From: a virus
DNA: 44,269 nt
Virus record (IMG/VR): IMGVR_UViG_3300010396_000023
Location: 1-44,269 of that record
Reading direction: 5' to 3' (one strand)
Below the pieces are notes generated by a model. The model was not told the origin of the DNA and made no database searches. It worked only from the letters and a program-made list of their open reading frames with translations. The position numbers were made by a program, and so were the translations under genes. Shown piece by piece: positions 24,614 through 31,496 of the stretch; position 1 is the first letter of the stretch; each line of letters begins with the position of its first letter.

Positions 24614-26621
24614 GTTGCATCTCCAGTGCTTTCAACGTCTGCTCCACCTGGGCCGATAGGGCCTCGTTGTGGGTCTTGTAGGCACCGATAGCGGCATTGA
24701 AGGCCGCTATGTCGTGCCCGGTTTGTACACCGCCGGCTTGTTCCATCAGATTCGCGGCCTGAGCCTCGAGCTGCATTATCTTGGCGGTGTTGAGGCGATG
24801 GGTCTCCATCATCTGCATGACGAACTTGCGGAGTTCCATCTGGCCCCGGAGTTGAGTCACCTGGGCCTGGGCTTGTCCCTTCGCCTGCTCGACCATGAGC
24901 TTGGGATTGGGGAGAGGGGGTACCTTGTCCGGACCAGGGTAGAGGGTGTCGATCTCCTCCACATGGAGGGCCCGGAGGACCTGCTTCTCGACCTCGGGGA
25001 GGGAGTAGCCAGGAGTGCCCGCGGCGAACTGTTTGATGGTCATCGCCCGACGGACTTGAGCCTCATCACTCACGATGTTAGGGTCGGTGACCGGACAGAT
25101 CCGCTTCGAGTCAGCCATATAGTCCTGCCGGAGGATCATCCCTTCGTCCCCGAACGCGTAGGTATCGGGGAGGTAGGTTGCGTTGAGGCAGTACAACTTC
25201 CTGAACTCCTCCTTCATCGACCGCCACTGGCGCTTGAAGAGGGCAGAGTAGATTTTCATACCCTGTTCCACCATCGACTGCTGGGTGGCGGCGGGGGTGT
25301 TCTGGCCGGGGTTCTCACCCACCAGGGCATCGGTGGAAGCACCGAGCCGCTGGGCGTACTGGATGATGAAGCCGAGAAGCTGGAAGAGGACAGGGGAAGG
25401 CTCCTGGGTGGGCATCGGGAAGATGCTCTTGCGGAGATCATCACCTGTCGCATCCACCCGGTTCCACCCAAACTGGGTGAACTGATACTGGCCGCCCCGA
25501 ATCTTCGCCCCACGGGCGAGGAACCCACCCCGAGTGGTGTTGAGGGTGCCCGCATCGAGGAGCTGGTTGATGACCGCATTCACCGCGCTGTTGAGGGGGC
25601 CTAAGAGGACCCCAAAGCCCACATCGTACACCCCACCATCGGCTGAGGGGATGAAGCCGTACTTGGTGTAGTACTCGGTGGAGTGAATGCGGGCGATCCC
25701 ACCGGAGAGGGAACGCTCCACCTGGGTCACGTTGTCCCATCCAGCCACCATGCGGATGACCTCTTTGGATTGGGCCTCAATGGTCACAATCCACGGCTCC
25801 GCATACCCATCCCCGTCTAGATCAAACCGACAGTGTTGCTCGAGGGCGGTGTAGGGAGTATCCTCGTCCGGCTGCATGGGCGGGGTTTGGCCCTTCCGGG
25901 TGTCGGAGCGAGAAGTGCCAGGTTGGGGGTCGAGGGGCACGGCGGGGCGAGTGTACCAATCGCACTCCCGCACATCACGGAAACGTTCGGTCTCCGAACC
26001 CGTGTACAGCTCATTCCGGGTGATGGGGTAGATCTGGGTCTTGCGCGGGCACTGCTCGACGGACTTGGCGTAGTAGTTCATCACCAAGTCCTGGGCTAGG
26101 ACCAACTCACTGACATTCCCGCCTTGATCAGGATCGTAGAAAGTCTTCACGAAAGCACAGCCCACAATCGGGACGCTCAGGAACAGGCGGTCGTGCTGCT
26201 CTTCCCAGGCCGGATCCTCTTCAAGCACCTGATAGCTCATGTGCTGCCCGATCCGGGTGGCACGCTCCCGCTCAGTGCCCTGGGGGTCTTTCCCTACCAC
26301 CCGATACTTCACAATGTCCGTACCCGAGATCAGGGAAGGGTAGGCCCGTGAGTGGAACTGAAGGCAGGCAATGCTCACCAGGGGGAAACACACATTAGCA
26401 CACCCCGGCCACGGGAAGGACTTCTGTTTCTGAATCTGCATGGCGAGGTCCATAGCCGCCTGGGTGCGCTTCTCCCACTTCGCGCGGGACTGGCGGTCAC
26501 GGGTGTAGCCATCCCATACCCGCCGCCCGATGTGGGCGAGATCCTCAGGGGCGAGGAGGTGGGTAATGTTGGGGAGCTTTTCGACGCCGGTGAGGTCGAT
26601 ACGCTTAGAGATTTTCCACAT
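24492..26621 (-). CDS. Portal protein
   Basis: 709 aa, the first gene after TerL. Size and position are typical of portals. The tail is Gly-rich (GGMGGMGTTPGNQGPQGG). GGAGAAG RBS. Confidence 0.8.
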   Translation of the reverse strand: MWKISKRIDLTGVEKLPNITHLLAPEDLAHIGRRVWDGYTRDRQSRAKWEKRTQAAMDLAMQIQKQKSFPWPGCANVCFPLVSIACLQFHSRAYPSLISGTDIVKYRVVGKDPQGTERERATRIGQHMSYQVLEEDPAWEEQHDRLFLSVPIVGCAFVKTFYDPDQGGNVSELVLAQDLVMNYYAKSVEQCPRKTQIYPITRNELYTGSETERFRDVRECDWYTRPAVPLDPQPGTSRSDTRKGQTPPMQPDEDTPYTALEQHCRFDLDGDGYAEPWIVTIEAQSKEVIRMVAGWDNVTQVERSLSGGIARIHSTEYYTKYGFIPSADGGVYDVGFGVLLGPLNSAVNAVINQLLDAGTLNTTRGGFLARGAKIRGGQYQFTQFGWNRVDATGDDLRKSIFPMPTQEPSPVLFQLLGFIIQYAQRLGASTDALVGENPGQNTPAATQQSMVEQGMKIYSALFKRQWRSMKEEFRKLYCLNATYLPDTYAFGDEGMILRQDYMADSKRICPVTDPNIVSDEAQVRRAMTIKQFAAGTPGYSLPEVEKQVLRALHVEEIDTLYPGPDKVPPLPNPKLMVEQAKGQAQAQVTQLRGQMELRKFVMQMMETHRLNTAKIMQLEAQAANLMEQAGGVQTGHDIAAFNAAIGAYKTHNEALSAQVEQTLKALEMQHAHEQGTLPGGMGGMGTTPGNQGPQGGAGVPNSGAEGAMG

Positions 26622-26665
26622 TAGGCTTCTCCATGCCCGCTGCTATCCGGAGGGTTGCACGCGGG

Positions 26666-26694
26666 ATCATAGCGCCGGCCAGTCCGTCCGTCAA
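26666..26694 (-). promoter_or_regulatory. Sigma70-like promoter upstream of the portal gene
   Basis: On the minus strand: TTGACG (26694-26689), a 17-nt spacer, then TATGAT (26671-26666). Confidence 0.55.
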
Positions 26695-26740
26695 GGGCCA
26701 TTCGGCCGCAAAAACCTGCGGCCTCATTTAAACCCTTGAC
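26690..26740 (-). other. Two-tier stem-loop in the TerL-portal intergenic region
   Basis: The outer 8-bp arms are gtcaaggg 26690-26697 and cccttgac 26733-26740. They enclose an inner 7-bp hairpin (ggccgca 26704-26710 / tgcggcc 26717-26723). One outer arm contains the -35 box. Confidence 0.6.
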
Positions 26741-26810
26741 TGCCGTCCTGTCTCGGCACCGCGTCACGCTCGCCAACCCTCCTGAATAAGATAGCGGGGC
26801 ATTCATCTGA

Positions 26811-28286
26811 TTAGTATCCTGTAACCTCATCCCGCCCGACCCACCGCTTGGGGTCCTGGGCTTCGAAGTCCTCTTCCTCTTCCGTCCGGTAGTCGTCCTC
26901 CTCCGGCGGGGCCTCTTGGTCGAAGCCCTTAGCGAGGATGGCAGTGGAGTCGAACTCGTCATCCACCCCATCGACTCCGGGGATGAAGGACTTGAGGACC
27001 TCCTCATAGCCTGGGTACCAGTGGGCATCCCGCGCATAGCGCATCCCACCAGCCTTGTGCCTCTTCTTAAGGGCGATGGCGCGGGCCGCCTTGTCCTTCA
27101 CCGGGTTGATGACCCGGAAGTTCATCCAGATGCCTCGCTCTCGCATCGCCCGCCGGATGGTGGGCCACACCGCATTCCAGATCACCCCGCCTTCCACCAC
27201 CCACTCTTCGGGGTCGTGTTCGATCTGGAGGGAGAACATCTCCCCGATCCATTCCTCCGTGTCCATGCGCCCGGAGCGCTGATCGAAGATGCAGAGGAGG
27301 TTATCGGGAGTCTCTCCGCCCACCGTGAAGGAGGTCTTGTCCGCGTGAGCCGCGGTGGAGACCGCGAAGTCGCATCCGATCTTCACCCGCTTGGGGGCAC
27401 GGAAGTCCTGCTCCTCCATCGGGAGGTAGCCCTCGGGAGAGAGGAAGGCCAGCTCATCCGCCATCGGGGTGTTGAGGTATTCTTGGGAGTACCCCGCCAG
27501 GTCCCCGTCCTCGGCAAAGCGGAGTTTGATCTCCTCCAGCCGGGATTGGGGGAACTGTTCGGGCCAGAGGATCTCTCGGAAGTCCGACAGGGACCGATGG
27601 GCCTTGAAGAAGAGGGACTGCCACGCCTTGTTCCGTTGGAGGCGGGCGAGGAGGGAATCCTGGTTGAGGATGGTACCGTAGATGCGGGCGAGACCTCCCC
27701 GACGCAAGCAGGGAATGAGGGCGCGATTGAACCACCGCCGAAACTTCTTTCGTGCCTGGAGATTCTCGACCTGTTCGTCCTCCTCCAGGTCATCCCCGAG
27801 GATGAGCCCAGGCCGTTTCCCATTCCACTTCAACCCCCGCATCTTCTGCCCGGAGCCCTTGGCCAGGATGCGAGCCTGGTGGCCGTCGGCGAACTCTACG
27901 ATGCAGTCGGTCTTGGCATCCACCACGAGGCGCTTGATTTTGAACTCCGCCCGCAGCTCCTCATTCTCCCGGAGCTGCTTGGCCATGTCGCCCAGGTGTC
28001 CGATGGCGAGGTCCTCCGTGGCGGAGACCACCAGGACGTAATCCTGAGCCCGGAAGCATACCGTTGCCAGCCCGAATGCATGGGTGAAGGCGGTGGACTT
28101 GGCGTGCTCGCGGGGGGCCACAATGCTGACCAGAGTATGGGGGGAGCAGCACAGCGCCCAGCCCTGGCGGTGGAAGTCGGGCGTGGGCGCAGGGTTGTCA
28201 TACATCGGAGAAAGAAACATCCCCGAGAAGGCTTCAACCAACTCGGGGGTGAGGGTAACTCGCTGGATGATGGGGGAGAATGTCAC
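26811..28286 (-). CDS. terL: Terminase large subunit
   Basis: 491 aa. It has a Walker A-like IVAPREHAKST and a Walker B-like PGLILGDDLEEDE, followed by a nuclease-type C-terminal half. The GTG start overlaps the upstream stop (GTGA). Confidence 0.9.
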   Translation of the reverse strand: MTFSPIIQRVTLTPELVEAFSGMFLSPMYDNPAPTPDFHRQGWALCCSPHTLVSIVAPREHAKSTAFTHAFGLATVCFRAQDYVLVVSATEDLAIGHLGDMAKQLRENEELRAEFKIKRLVVDAKTDCIVEFADGHQARILAKGSGQKMRGLKWNGKRPGLILGDDLEEDEQVENLQARKKFRRWFNRALIPCLRRGGLARIYGTILNQDSLLARLQRNKAWQSLFFKAHRSLSDFREILWPEQFPQSRLEEIKLRFAEDGDLAGYSQEYLNTPMADELAFLSPEGYLPMEEQDFRAPKRVKIGCDFAVSTAAHADKTSFTVGGETPDNLLCIFDQRSGRMDTEEWIGEMFSLQIEHDPEEWVVEGGVIWNAVWPTIRRAMRERGIWMNFRVINPVKDKAARAIALKKRHKAGGMRYARDAHWYPGYEEVLKSFIPGVDGVDDEFDSTAILAKGFDQEAPPEEDDYRTEEEEDFEAQDPKRWVGRDEVTGY

Positions 28287-28450
28287 AGCATCTCCACTGG
28301 CGGCTCTCCGCCATGCTCCAGCCAGTCTAGGAGGGCCAGGGCCCCCTCAAGCCACGCCCGGCGCTCGCTGTCAGGGTTGGCTGCGAGGAGGGCCGTGTAC
28401 ACGTTGCGGAGCGTGGTGATGCTGCGGAGGGGGGTTTCGACGATTATCAT
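28283..28450 (-). CDS. Hypothetical small protein (55 aa, below the ORF-track cutoff)
   Basis: MIIVETPLRSITTLRNVYTALLAANPDSERRAWLEGALALLDWLEHGGEPPVEML. It has an ATGA overlap with the upstream gene and a GTGA overlap with terL. Confidence 0.55.
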   Translation of the reverse strand: MIIVETPLRSITTLRNVYTALLAANPDSERRAWLEGALALLDWLEHGGEPPVEML

Positions 28451-28623
28451 GTGTCAGCCCCGTTTATTAGATTCCACTTAAGGAACTCCAAAACACCTAC
28501 CGTCTCTGCCGTAGTCATGTCGTCAAAGCGAGACTGGTTTAATACCTCGTACAGGGCATCCTGTAAAAGGCCCGCTCTAGACTGATTGCCTTTATCATTA
28601 GTGAGTTGCGTGACAGTTGCCAT
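28447..28623 (-). CDS. Hypothetical small protein
   Basis: Start trimmed to ATG 28623 (MATVTQL...) with GGAG 6 nt upstream. GC is lower than in the flanks. Confidence 0.55.
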   Translation of the reverse strand: MATVTQLTNDKGNQSRAGLLQDALYEVLNQSRFDDMTTAETVGVLEFLKWNLINGADT

Positions 28624-28769
28624 AGCGTACTCCAATGGGTAACAGGTGTAGGCAGACTTTACAGCGGCTCACACCCCAAAATCACACGAGCAGCGCCACA
28701 TCGGCATACCGCATGCGCCACAATCCAGATTGAATACATGCGCTATCGCGCAGGCTATTGGTCGTAATC

Positions 28770-29084
28770 TCACAGCGGGTCCTCCACCACAGCCAGGTAG
28801 CCCGTAAGGACCTGGGTGGACCCGTCCGAGGCCACCGCGCTCACTCGGAGCTTGTAGATCACCCCTGCCACCCCGCCGGTGAGCTTCTGGCTCACCACCA
28901 GTCCACTCACTGTGGGGGGGCCAGAGAGGATGGCCGAGGGGTTGGCATCGACCCCCGCCCACACACTTGCCACAGCGGTAGCCGACGGGATGGTCTGACC
29001 CGTGGGGAGGAGGGAGGAGAAGTCAAAGCCACCGATGATGGTGGCTTCGGGGGACTTCTGGTCCAAGACAACCAGGTTAGCCAT
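28770..29084 (-). CDS. Conserved phage beta-rich (Ig-like?) protein
   Basis: Start trimmed to MANLVVLDQKSPEATIIGGFDFSSLLPTGQTIPSA...GGVAGVIYKLRVSAVASDGS. The pattern recalls a widespread small phage structural family. TGATG coupling upstream. Confidence 0.6.
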   Translation of the reverse strand: MANLVVLDQKSPEATIIGGFDFSSLLPTGQTIPSATAVASVWAGVDANPSAILSGPPTVSGLVVSQKLTGGVAGVIYKLRVSAVASDGSTQVLTGYLAVVEDPL

Positions 29085-29257
29085 CACCGACCCTTCTTCC
29101 CTGACTTCCGCTTCGTGGCCATCGCCACCGCGACAGCCTGCTTGTTGGCCCTGGCCTTCCCAAACTTGGCCTTCGTGTGGGCATAAGTCTTGCCCTTGTG
29201 GAACTCGGAGATGTTCTTCGAGACCGTCTTCTTGGACGTACCGCGTTTGAGGGGCAT
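29084..29257 (-). CDS. Small highly basic protein (57 aa, below the track cutoff)
   Basis: MPLKRGTSKKTVSKNISEFHKGKTYAHTKAKFGKARANKQAVAVAMATKRKSGKKGR. The KRG.SKKT.SKNI.E pattern recalls a conserved small-protein family. TGATG coupling on both sides. Confidence 0.65.
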   Translation of the reverse strand: MPLKRGTSKKTVSKNISEFHKGKTYAHTKAKFGKARANKQAVAVAMATKRKSGKKGR

Positions 29258-29451
29258 CACTTTCTCCCACGGGTCTTGATAGGCGTCTTCACGACGGACT
29301 GGAGGCGGGCAATTTCCTTTGCGGCGTGGGCCTTAGCCGCACCGTGACGCGTCTTGTCCGCCATAATCTCCTGGGCAGCCCGTAGGGTATCCGCATCCGA
29401 GCGAGCACGCCAGGCTTTGTCTTCTGCGGTCATTGGCGGACGGCGGGCCAT
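29257..29451 (-). CDS. Hypothetical small protein
   Basis: 64-aa charged helical ORF (MARRPPMTAEDKAWRARSDADTLRAAQEIM...) in a tightly coupled gene string. Confidence 0.55.
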   Translation of the reverse strand: MARRPPMTAEDKAWRARSDADTLRAAQEIMADKTRHGAAKAHAAKEIARLQSVVKTPIKTRGRK

Positions 29452-29452
29452 C

Positions 29453-29653
29453 TTAGTACCCCTCGCCCTTGGCCAGTCCCTCCGAAGCCATCTCGTGGTG
29501 GAGGCGGCATTCCTGCTGGGCCCAGGGCTGGGCTACCTCGGGCACCGGGTCGGGGGCCTGGCCCTTCCAGTCCTTCGAGGGCCGGGTCGGGGGCAAGCAA
29601 GCCTTCGGCTTATGCTTGGCTTTCAATGAAGCGTGCATCGACGTCTTGGACAT
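29453..29653 (-). CDS. Hypothetical small protein (uncertain)
   Basis: MSKTSMHASLKAKHKPKACLPP... The stop lies 1 nt before the next ATG. The 5' end overlaps the TerS-like gene by 44 nt (29 nt if the ATG at 29638 is used). Confidence 0.4.
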   Translation of the reverse strand: MSKTSMHASLKAKHKPKACLPPTRPSKDWKGQAPDPVPEVAQPWAQQECRLHHEMASEGLAKGEGY

Positions 29654-30092
29654 TATCCAACCCTCTCGCGTGGTGACGTTGAAGATCGACCAGGCGCTTG
29701 GCCAGGTCCTGAAGGTGATTTGGGTTCTGGGCGGGGGCCGCCGGCCCTTGGCCGATCCCAAGGCTCTTCGCTCCGAATTCCGCCGCCCGGAGAGCGATCA
29801 CATCGGGGATGAGGTCGGCGGGCTTAGCGAGCTTCTCCTGCACCACCTCAAGCGCCCGTTCCGTCACCGCTCGAATCCGATCTTCAATGGAGGCCGTGAG
29901 GGTCGGGTCTACAATCTCCGCCCGGCGGGCCTGTAACCTCGCCTTAAATGCATCCGACGACTTAATCATCGAGCACCAGGCCGCCGTGTAGCCGAAGTGA
30001 GCGGCCAGCTCCCAATTCGAGATGGCGGGGCGGGCGATGATCAGGTCAATCATCGCGTCGTGAGTGTATGAGACTTTGACTGGAGCGGGCAT
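29610..30092 (-). CDS. HTH DNA-binding protein, candidate small terminase subunit; first gene of the late arm
   Basis: The track ORF 29610..30596 is trimmed to MPAPVKVSYTHDAMIDLIIARPAISNWELAAHFGYTAAWCSMIKSSDAF..., which has an HTH-like segment. The upstream part of the track ORF is Pro/Arg/His-rich junk across the control region. Confidence 0.5.
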   Translation of the reverse strand: MPAPVKVSYTHDAMIDLIIARPAISNWELAAHFGYTAAWCSMIKSSDAFKARLQARRAEIVDPTLTASIEDRIRAVTERALEVVQEKLAKPADLIPDVIALRAAEFGAKSLGIGQGPAAPAQNPNHLQDLAKRLVDLQRHHARGLDNVQDVDARFIESQA

Positions 30093-30210
30093 GGCGGACC
30101 CCGGCGGGGTGAGAATGGGCCTAGGGTACGCGGGGCGGCCGGGCCGGGGTGGCGGCGGGGGAGGCAGGGGAGATTTACCGGGACACTTGAAACTGCCTAA
30201 AATTTTGTGA

Positions 30211-30252
30211 GAGGGGCAAATCAAATTTTCGACTGCAGCCACTTTGCCCCTC
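30211..30252. repeat. 10-bp perfect inverted repeat in the AT-richer core of the control region
   Basis: gaggggcaaa (30211-30220) and tttgcccctc (30243-30252) are separated by 22 nt containing aaatttt. Confidence 0.8.
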
Positions 30253-30309
30253 CCACCCCTTCGCGCGCGGGCAGGCACGCGGGCGCTCCCTGATGCGCGC
30301 GTCAGAGAG

Positions 30310-30470
30310 CACGCGTGGGCGCGTGCGTGGGTGGATGGGGGATGGGTGGGGCGGCGGGGATGGCCCGGGGGCGGGCGACGCGGGCCGTGGGCGGGACCGT
30401 GGGGGCGGGGATGGGTGAATGGGTGGGTGGGCCGTGCGGACGGCATGGCGGGGCCGTGGGCGGGTAGGGG
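30310..30470 (+). repeat. G-rich, G-quadruplex-prone tract with short direct repeats
   Basis: The plus strand carries many G3-5 runs with 1-5 nt loops, for example gggtggatgggggatgggtgggg at 30329-30351. There is an exact 14-bp direct repeat gggccgtgggcggg at 30382-30395 and 30451-30464. The motif gatggg recurs. Confidence 0.8.
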
Positions 30471-30482
30471 TTTGTCCCTACC
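30463..30482. other. 7-bp stem hairpin abutting the operator palindrome
   Basis: ggtaggg (30463-30469) and ccctacc (30476-30482) with loop gtttgt. Confidence 0.6.
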
Positions 30483-30508
30483 GGGAAACGGGTTGACGAG
30501 TTTCCCGG
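30481..30508. promoter_or_regulatory. Perfect palindrome CCGGGAAAC-N10-GTTTCCCGG overlapping the early promoter -35 (operator candidate)
   Basis: The 9-bp arms lie at 30481-30489 and 30500-30508. The spacer gggttgacga contains TTGACG. Confidence 0.65.
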
Positions 30509-30521
30509 GAGCACATACACT
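30493..30521 (+). promoter_or_regulatory. Sigma70-like rightward early promoter
   Basis: TTGACG (30493-30498), a 17-nt spacer, then TACACT (30516-30521). The first rightward ORF starts at 30552. Confidence 0.55.
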
Positions 30522-30551
30522 GGTTCTCATGGTCGCCATGGTGGCGGCGAG

Positions 30552-30731
30552 ATGGAGGATGAGATGGACATATGGACGGTGCATACAGGCGCACAAATCG
30601 CCTATGAGGGTTCAGATTTGCAGTGCGCATTGAACACGTGGGTGGCACTGCAGGCGGGAGGCTACCATGCACGTTTGGAAAAAAATGGCGTGCTGGTGCA
30701 GGAAAATAGTTACATAACCGAAAAGGCCTAA
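30552..30731 (+). CDS. Hypothetical early protein (59 aa, below the track cutoff)
   Basis: MEDEMDIWTVHTGAQIAYEGSDLQCALNTWVALQAGGYHARLEKNGVLVQENSYITEKA. Composition is protein-like. The TAA stop lies 1 nt before the next ATG. Confidence 0.5.
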   Translation: MEDEMDIWTVHTGAQIAYEGSDLQCALNTWVALQAGGYHARLEKNGVLVQENSYITEKA

Positions 30732-30732
30732 C

Positions 30733-30915
30733 ATGAAACGCATTGTGCAGTGGGTACTCGGTCGTCCGGTTGTCCGGGTGGAATGGGAGGACCGGGTGAT
30801 TGAGCATCTGGCCCATGGGTGGACGGACGCCCATGCATGGGCGCGATGCTACCCGGTGGACGCCTGGGTCCGGTTCGCGGTACGGGGTAGGGTTGTTGCA
30901 TGGAGGATGCCATGA
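30733..30915 (+). CDS. Hypothetical early protein
   Basis: 60-aa W/R-rich ORF. Its stop overlaps the next ATG (ATGA). Confidence 0.55.
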   Translation: MKRIVQWVLGRPVVRVEWEDRVIEHLAHGWTDAHAWARCYPVDAWVRFAVRGRVVAWRMP

Positions 30916-31151
30916 TACGGCTATGGGATGAAGTGGGTGTCCGCACATGGGACATTGCGACGCCCGAGGCGGGCCGGACCCTCGTGTACCGGGGATGCGA
31001 GATCGTCCGCCGGTCGGATGGGCGGTGGGCGGTTTGGTGGCTAGCGGTGAGCGGTCGCGAGGGGATGGTTGGGACGGCGGGGGACGAGACCCAAGCCCGT
31101 CGACTGGTGGACGCGACATGGAAACCGCTTGAGGACGAGGAGGACGACTGA
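30912..31151 (+). CDS. Hypothetical early protein with acidic tail
   Basis: Start moved to ATG 30912 (GGAGG 5 nt upstream, ATGA coupling). MIRLWDEVGVRTWD...KPLEDEEDD. Confidence 0.6.
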   Translation: MIRLWDEVGVRTWDIATPEAGRTLVYRGCEIVRRSDGRWAVWWLAVSGREGMVGTAGDETQARRLVDATWKPLEDEEDD

Positions 31152-31249
31152 CTCCCGATGGCCCCCTCGCGGGGCCGGGTGCGTTGTGGGTGGGGAATTG
31201 GCCCGGTAATGTGCCACCATGTCATCATCCCATGACAGCAACAACGAAG

Positions 31250-31394
31250 CATCTGCTGCTCCGGGGGGTGCCCCATTTAGGAAATCCGGGACCCCCATAA
31301 AGGGTAGTCCTTACATATTTTTTTTTTATGATTACAAAACCCTTACGGACGCCCCAATTTGGGGAATCCGGGGCACCCCACGGAGCAGCAGGTG
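31250..31394. repeat. 25-bp imperfect inverted repeat (23/25) flanking an AT-rich core with a T10 run
   Basis: Arm 1 is catctgctgctccggggggtgcccc (31250-31274). Arm 2 is ggggcaccccacggagcagcaggtg (31370-31394). The centre holds ttacatatttttttttatgattacaaaa (T10 at 31318-31327) and direct AATCCGGG copies. Confidence 0.85.
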
Positions 31395-31496
31395 CTTGGT
31401 TATGGTTGTTAACGTGGTGTTGTCAATGAGGGTAATCCCCAATGGTGATACGGTTATCAACGTGTCACAATCGGGCATTACCGTATGGGAGGCACC

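Noticed and set aside
24669-25604. 311-aa plus-strand ORF antisense to the portal. Similar antisense ORFs lie at 7966..8787, 9387..10199, 18212..19156 and 23603..24277.
   Set aside because: All lie opposite well-supported, translationally coupled minus-strand genes. They show GC-driven amino-acid bias and have no start context.
26916-28481. 521-aa plus-strand ORF antisense to terL.
   Set aside because: terL motifs (Walker A and B) are on the minus strand. The plus ORF is low-information, Gly/Arg/Leu/Pro/Glu-rich sequence that spans two genes and an overlap junction.
28669-28962. 97-aa minus ORF bridging the 28636-28769 gap and the Ig-like gene.
   Set aside because: It is out of frame with the well-supported 28770..29084 gene, has Gly/Pro/Arg/Cys-rich junk composition and has no RBS.
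30170-30260. Leftward late promoter (minus-strand TTGATT-17-TTTAGG) upstream of the TerS-like gene.
   Set aside because: The -10 candidate matches the consensus poorly (about 3/6), and no better pair was found. It is left as an open question rather than annotated.
30310-30470. Possible CRISPR-like or tandem-repeat array in the G-rich tract.
   Set aside because: There are only short degenerate G-rich motifs and one 14-bp repeat pair. There is no regular repeat-spacer periodicity and there are no cas genes other than a stand-alone Cas4-like nuclease in a recombination module.
30093-30596. N-terminal 168 codons of track ORF 29610..30596, plus the minus-strand ORFs 30478..31119 and 30728..31276 across the control region.
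   Set aside because: The sequence is Pro/Arg/His/Gly-rich and generated by the C-rich minus strand of the G-rich tract. A clean ATG at 30092 starts the HTH-containing part. Rightward genes with RBSs occupy 30552-31151.
31311-31332. TTACAT ... TATGAT as a sigma70 promoter in the AT-rich core.
   Set aside because: The hexamers are only 10 nt apart because of the T10 run. That spacing is incompatible with a -35/-10 promoter.
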